A stretch of 64,000 nucleotides of DNA from Candidatus Poribacteria bacterium (GTDB taxonomy: Bacteria > Poribacteria > WGA-4E > WGA-3G): assembly GCA_965262955.1 (NCBI GenBank), contig CBDHGE010000001.1, positions 848,046 to 912,045 of the forward strand. Reading direction: 5' to 3'. Positions 60,369 through 64,000 of the stretch are shown in pieces. The translations under genes were made by a program, and so were the position numbers. The notes below the pieces were generated by a model. That model was not told the DNA's origin, did not search any database, and was given only the letters and a program-made list of their open reading frames with translations. How positions within the stretch are numbered: position 1 is the first letter of the stretch; each line of letters opens with the position of its first letter.

Positions 60369-60664
60369 TTGCCTGCCCGGAAATCGGCAAGTGCTTCCTC
60401 CGCGAATCGGTCAAGCTTTCCTGCTTTTACGTCTTCCTCAAACTGTTTATCCCACACTTCTGCTTCCGCCTCATATACTTCCAAAAGATCATGAAGTTCA
60501 ACTTTTAGAGTTTTCAATAATTCTTTTTTTGTCTTTTTTTGGCACTTTACTTCAGGTAGTTCTTGTACCCACCCAACCCATCCATCTCCATTCCTCTCAA
60601 CACGGGCTGTATAGGTTCTGCTATGCCCCTGTTCTTGGAGTTCAACCTTATAAACTTGTGCCAT
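60353..60664 (-). CDS. cognate antitoxin: HicB/UPF0150-like N-domain plus C-terminal addiction-module component motif
   Basis: YTARVERNGDGWVGWVQELPEV then EVWDKQFEEDVKAGKLDRFAEEAL. Overlaps the toxin by 16 nt. Confidence 0.6.
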   Translation of the reverse strand: MAQVYKVELQEQGHSRTYTARVERNGDGWVGWVQELPEVKCQKKTKKELLKTLKVELHDLLEVYEAEAEVWDKQFEEDVKAGKLDRFAEEALADFRAGKCEEI

Positions 60665-60699
60665 GGTGTGCCCCTTTCGTGTGACAGTTAGTATGCCTT

Positions 60700-60729
60700 A
60701 TTATAGCCCCTAAAAAACCCGATTGTCAA
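60700..60729 (-). promoter_or_regulatory. near-consensus sigma70 promoter (TTGACA -18- TATAAT) for the TA operon
   Basis: Minus-strand read cTTGACAatcgggttttttaggggcTATAATaagg. -35 at 60729-60724, -10 at 60705-60700, ATG at 60664. Confidence 0.6.
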
Positions 60730-60804
60730 GCAATTCTCTTGAAAAATTGAATAAATAGGGTATAATAAACGGAATTAATCAACAAACTTGGAGCATACTG
60801 AAAA

Positions 60805-61215
60805 GTGATTCAACAAATCGAAATAACCTTACCCGAATACCCTCGTGGCTTTCATCTCGTCACAGATGAGATTATAAAATCAGTCGGTGAACTGCCAAAA
60901 GAGGGTATTCTGCACCTTTTTATCAAACACACCTCAGCAGGATTAACCATCAACGAGAACGACGATCCGACGGTACGCGAAGATTTTGCGAACAGTTTTG
61001 ATCGACTCGTCAAGGAACGCGAACCGTTCTATCAACACACCATAGAAGGTGATGACGATATGCCGGCACATATCAAAGCGTCGCTTGTGGGCTTTACCGT
61101 TTCTATTCCGATTACCGAACATCACCTCAATTTAGGCATCTGGCAAGGCATTTATCTATGTGAATTCCGAAATAGAGGTGGAAGACGGAAACTCACAGCG
61201 ACAGTCTACTCGTAG
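60805..61215 (+). CDS. yjbQ: YjbQ / UPF0047 family protein (secondary thiamine-phosphate synthase-like)
   Basis: Conserved pattern HLFIKHTSAGLTINENDDP...MPAHIKASLVG... Confidence 0.7.
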   Translation: MIQQIEITLPEYPRGFHLVTDEIIKSVGELPKEGILHLFIKHTSAGLTINENDDPTVREDFANSFDRLVKEREPFYQHTIEGDDDMPAHIKASLVGFTVSIPITEHHLNLGIWQGIYLCEFRNRGGRRKLTATVYS

Positions 61216-61233
61216 GGAACCACATCCAGACGC

Positions 61234-62584
61234 TTATACCCACGATGACCTCAACTCATGGACTTTCAGCGATACTAATCTCGCTGTCCCTCCATCGGCG
61301 TAGATTCCGATGTCTGCATTATTGAGATCCGGCAGGAAATAGGAGGTCATTGAAAGCTCACCGCTATTGCCGAATGCCTCAATAGAGATGCGATCAACCA
61401 GAATTTGCAAACTGATTTTTCCATTTCGTGGCACTGCCAGTGGACCGCTCCTTTCAAGGAACGTGAGTTGTTGTTCTGCCACATCGTAGCGGACATCCTG
61501 ACCACGGATGTTGAACCCGACAGCCGCAGCGTCGTTTAGGGCTATTTCAGCGCGGATATCAAAACAGTTCACCTGTCAATCCAGCAAGGAGATTTTCACC
61601 CGGTTTCAGTGCGAGATCGCTCCACGCGTGTGTGTAGGTGTGGATATTTTTAATCTCTGCTACGGGTTCTCGATGTAGACGGATCCCCTCTGAAGTCGTC
61701 CGAAGAGTCAATTCACATGGAAAACTCATCTGCTGATTAAAAGGCATATCGGGAGGTTTACTGCCACTCATCCAAGCGATCTGGATGCGTCTGCCATCGG
61801 ATTCCGGGACATCGCTCCACGTCTGTGCTGCATAAAAGTTGGCACCGTAGTCGGCGCGAGGCGCGTCCCCTTCTGGTGTAAAGGTTGTGCCGTCGAAGGT
61901 ACCGACGTAATACTTCCCTGCCGCACCCCAGAAAACCCACTTGGTATTATCGGGATCGCCGTCGACGGGAAGCTCAAAGATATCTGGACACTCTGTGTCG
62001 GGAATCTGGAGGTCGGATAGTCGGGTCCACTCTTTAAGGTTCGTTGAACCGAACAAGGCGTAGTCATTTTGATCAAGGTAGAGTGCCATTACCCACTTCT
62101 GGGTGGGTTCATGCCATATTACCTTCGGATCGCGATTGCTTCCGACGATATGCTCAATGACAGGATTGCCCTCATACTTTGTCCAACTCCGCCCCCGGTC
62201 GTTGCTATAGGCGATGCTTTGGGTAAAAGGCACTTCTTTGGGGGCGTGGCTACCCGCAGAGGTATAAAAATTGACGAGCACCGACTCGTCACCGGTTTGG
62301 AAACCACCGGTATTGTTCCAATCTACGACGCCAGAACCGGAGAACATTGTGCCGAGATCATCGGGATGAAGTGCGTGAGGAAGTTGCTGCCAGTGGACAA
62401 GGTCTCGACTAATAGCATGTCCCCATGTCATGTTGCCCCAATCAATGCCGAATGGATTGTGTTGAAAGAAGAGATGGTATTCGCCTTTATAGTAAATCAA
62501 ACCGTTTGGATCGTTAGTCCAGTTGGTTTTTGGCGTGAAATGGAACTGTGGGCGATAGGTTTCCTTATAAACCGTCTGAATCAT
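61234..62584 (-). pseudogene. glycoside hydrolase family 32 (beta-fructofuranosidase/levanase-like), split by a frameshift near 61560-61572
   Basis: N-terminal ORF 61559-62584 carries the WTNDPNGL, RDP and EC catalytic motifs. The GH32 C-terminal beta-sandwich is in ORF 61234-61572 in another frame, with a 14-nt overlap. Confidence 0.65.
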
Positions 62585-62879
62585 TAATTATTTCCTTTCT
62601 GTTCTGAACGTTGTGAGGTGATAGACGTTAATTTCTGTCTTGTATATTATTTTATAGATATATTTTATTTTGTCAAGGGTGCCTAACGAGAAGACAGGAT
62701 CGTTCAGTTTTCCAATAATTTACATCCGGACGCCCGAACTTGTTCGGGACAGAGCGCGTGCCCCCAACAAGTTGGGGCGTCCAAAAAAATTACCGATTTA
62801 AATTCTTAAGCTTCATGAAACCTTGCCCACCAATTCAGGGAAAGGTCTGTTTTCGTGATAACAACTCACTGTAAATTTA

Positions 62880-63661
62880 TTGATAGCAAACTGTTTCGGA
62901 GGTAATTTGGTGAAAACAACACGGAAAATTGTAGCAATCGGTGGTGGAGAACTGAGTACGTTGGAAACCGCTGAAATCGACAAACGCATTATTGAGCTAA
63001 CCGGTAAAACACGACCAAAGGCACTTTTTATTCCGACTGCCAGTGGCGATGCACCTGGATATGTAGAGACCTTTGAGGCATGTTACGGTAAGGAATACGG
63101 ATGTCAAACACGTACCCTCAATCTGATTGAAAACCCACCTCCGTTTGAAGAGATGTCAGCTCTGGGTACTGGATTCAGATCTGATTTACGTCGGCGGTGG
63201 CAATACTTACAGGATGATGAAGATATGGCGGCGGTTTGCGGTTGGACACCGTGTTAACGGAGGCTGCGTCCCGCGGCATTGTCCTGTCGGGTCTTAGCGC
63301 AGGGGCAATTTGTTGGTTCAAATACGGCAATAGCGATTCTCGCTCTTTCTCCAGCAGCGTAGAGTGGGACTATATCCGTGTCAGTGGGCTGGGATTCATC
63401 AATGCCATATATTGTCCCCATTATCATGTTGAGAAGCGGGAAGATGCTTTTTCGCAGATGATTGCCAAACGGGGTGGTATCGGAATCGCCTGTGATAACA
63501 ACGCCGCGATAGAGATTGTTGGGAATCATTACCGCGTGCTTACCTCCAACCCGGATGCCAAGGCATACAAACTCTTCAAACGAAACGGGCGCGTGGTTGT
63601 TACGGAATTACTTCAAGATAGTGAATATACCCCGTTAGCCGACCTTTTAAGACGAAAATAA
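62880..63661 (+). pseudogene. peptidase E-like (S51 family, PepE/cyanophycinase-type), disrupted by two closely spaced frameshifts
   Basis: IPTASGD in frame A, DLIYVGGGNTYRMMKIW in frame B (63160-63235), GIVLSGLSAGAIC in frame C. The order matches E. coli PepE (ADIIFVGGGNTF...GWSAGA). Confidence 0.6.
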
Positions 63662-63777
63662 TATCATAATTCTTTTGAATTGTAAGACAGATTTCGTACC
63701 TTCCGTTTAAATTCCTACCCTTTCACTTCCAATAAATGCCGCTGCCTATCTGTAATATCTCCGATTTTTGCAGAATT

Positions 63778-63792
63778 TGGCAACCTTTTTGC
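63778..63792 (+). promoter_or_regulatory. sigma54-like promoter (TGGCAA-N5-TTGC)
   Basis: tggcaacctttttgc, about 105 nt upstream of the lipoprotein ATG at 63898. Confidence 0.3.
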
Positions 63793-63897
63793 CCGGCACT
63801 CGCGTCACTATATATTGAGAAGATAAAAAAGTTTCACACGGTTTTTTCATAAAATCTTGAGAAAACTATAATGAAAAAACAGAAAGGAATGTAAACA

Positions 63898-64000
63898 TGA
63901 AGAGAAATTGGTTAATTTTCTTAATTTTGACGGTATCGGTTCTGGTTTTGAGCCTAAGCCTTCAAAGTTGTGGCAACAAGATTAATATGAGCAAAACCTT
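63898..64000 (+). CDS. lipoprotein, N-terminal part; the gene continues past the window end
   Basis: MKRNWLIFLILTVSVLVLSLSLQSCGNK: signal peptide plus lipobox. Confidence 0.5.

Overview
This 64-kb window reads like a chromosomal segment of an uncultivated bacterium, about 50% GC, with most genes on the minus strand.

**Core genes.** It carries purD, trpF, aroA, a DapA-family gene, tsaB, tsaE, tenA, a polyprenyl synthase, one tRNA-Ala(GGC), and two tandem ammonium transporters with no adjacent PII (glnK) gene.

**Envelope and glycan genes.** These include a GT39/ArnT-like and a second GT-C-like membrane protein, a GT4, a Wzx-like flippase, two LamG-like exported proteins, and two paralogous exported beta-rich proteins. 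There is also a 1291-aa secreted protein with dockerin repeats and a T9SS-type C-terminal domain.

**Other coding content.** A Ski2/HelY-like helicase, HEAT-repeat lipoproteins, and several oxidoreductases, isomerases and hydrolases.

**Toxin-antitoxin (TA) content.** TA genes are dense: a HigB/HigA-like pair, mazEF, and a paralogous RelE/ParE toxin plus HicB-N-domain antitoxin pair. One copy of that pair is intact and sits behind a near-consensus sigma70 promoter; the other has a truncated toxin. A solo HicB is also present.

**Non-coding signal.** This is the part least explained by the gene calls:
- heptad AGYNGTC tracts in the leaders of six minus-strand genes, two of which share a conserved stem-loop;
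- a roughly 100-nt inverted-repeat-bounded element in three copies;
- several small hairpin-repeat families, one with compensatory base changes;
- a 23-bp direct-repeat pair and a 44-bp tandem repeat;
- two sigma54-type promoter matches, one in front of the amt operon.

**Frameshifts.** Two adjacent genes near the 3' end, a GH32 and a PepE-like S51 peptidase, are split across frames.

No CRISPR array, rRNA or integrase was seen.
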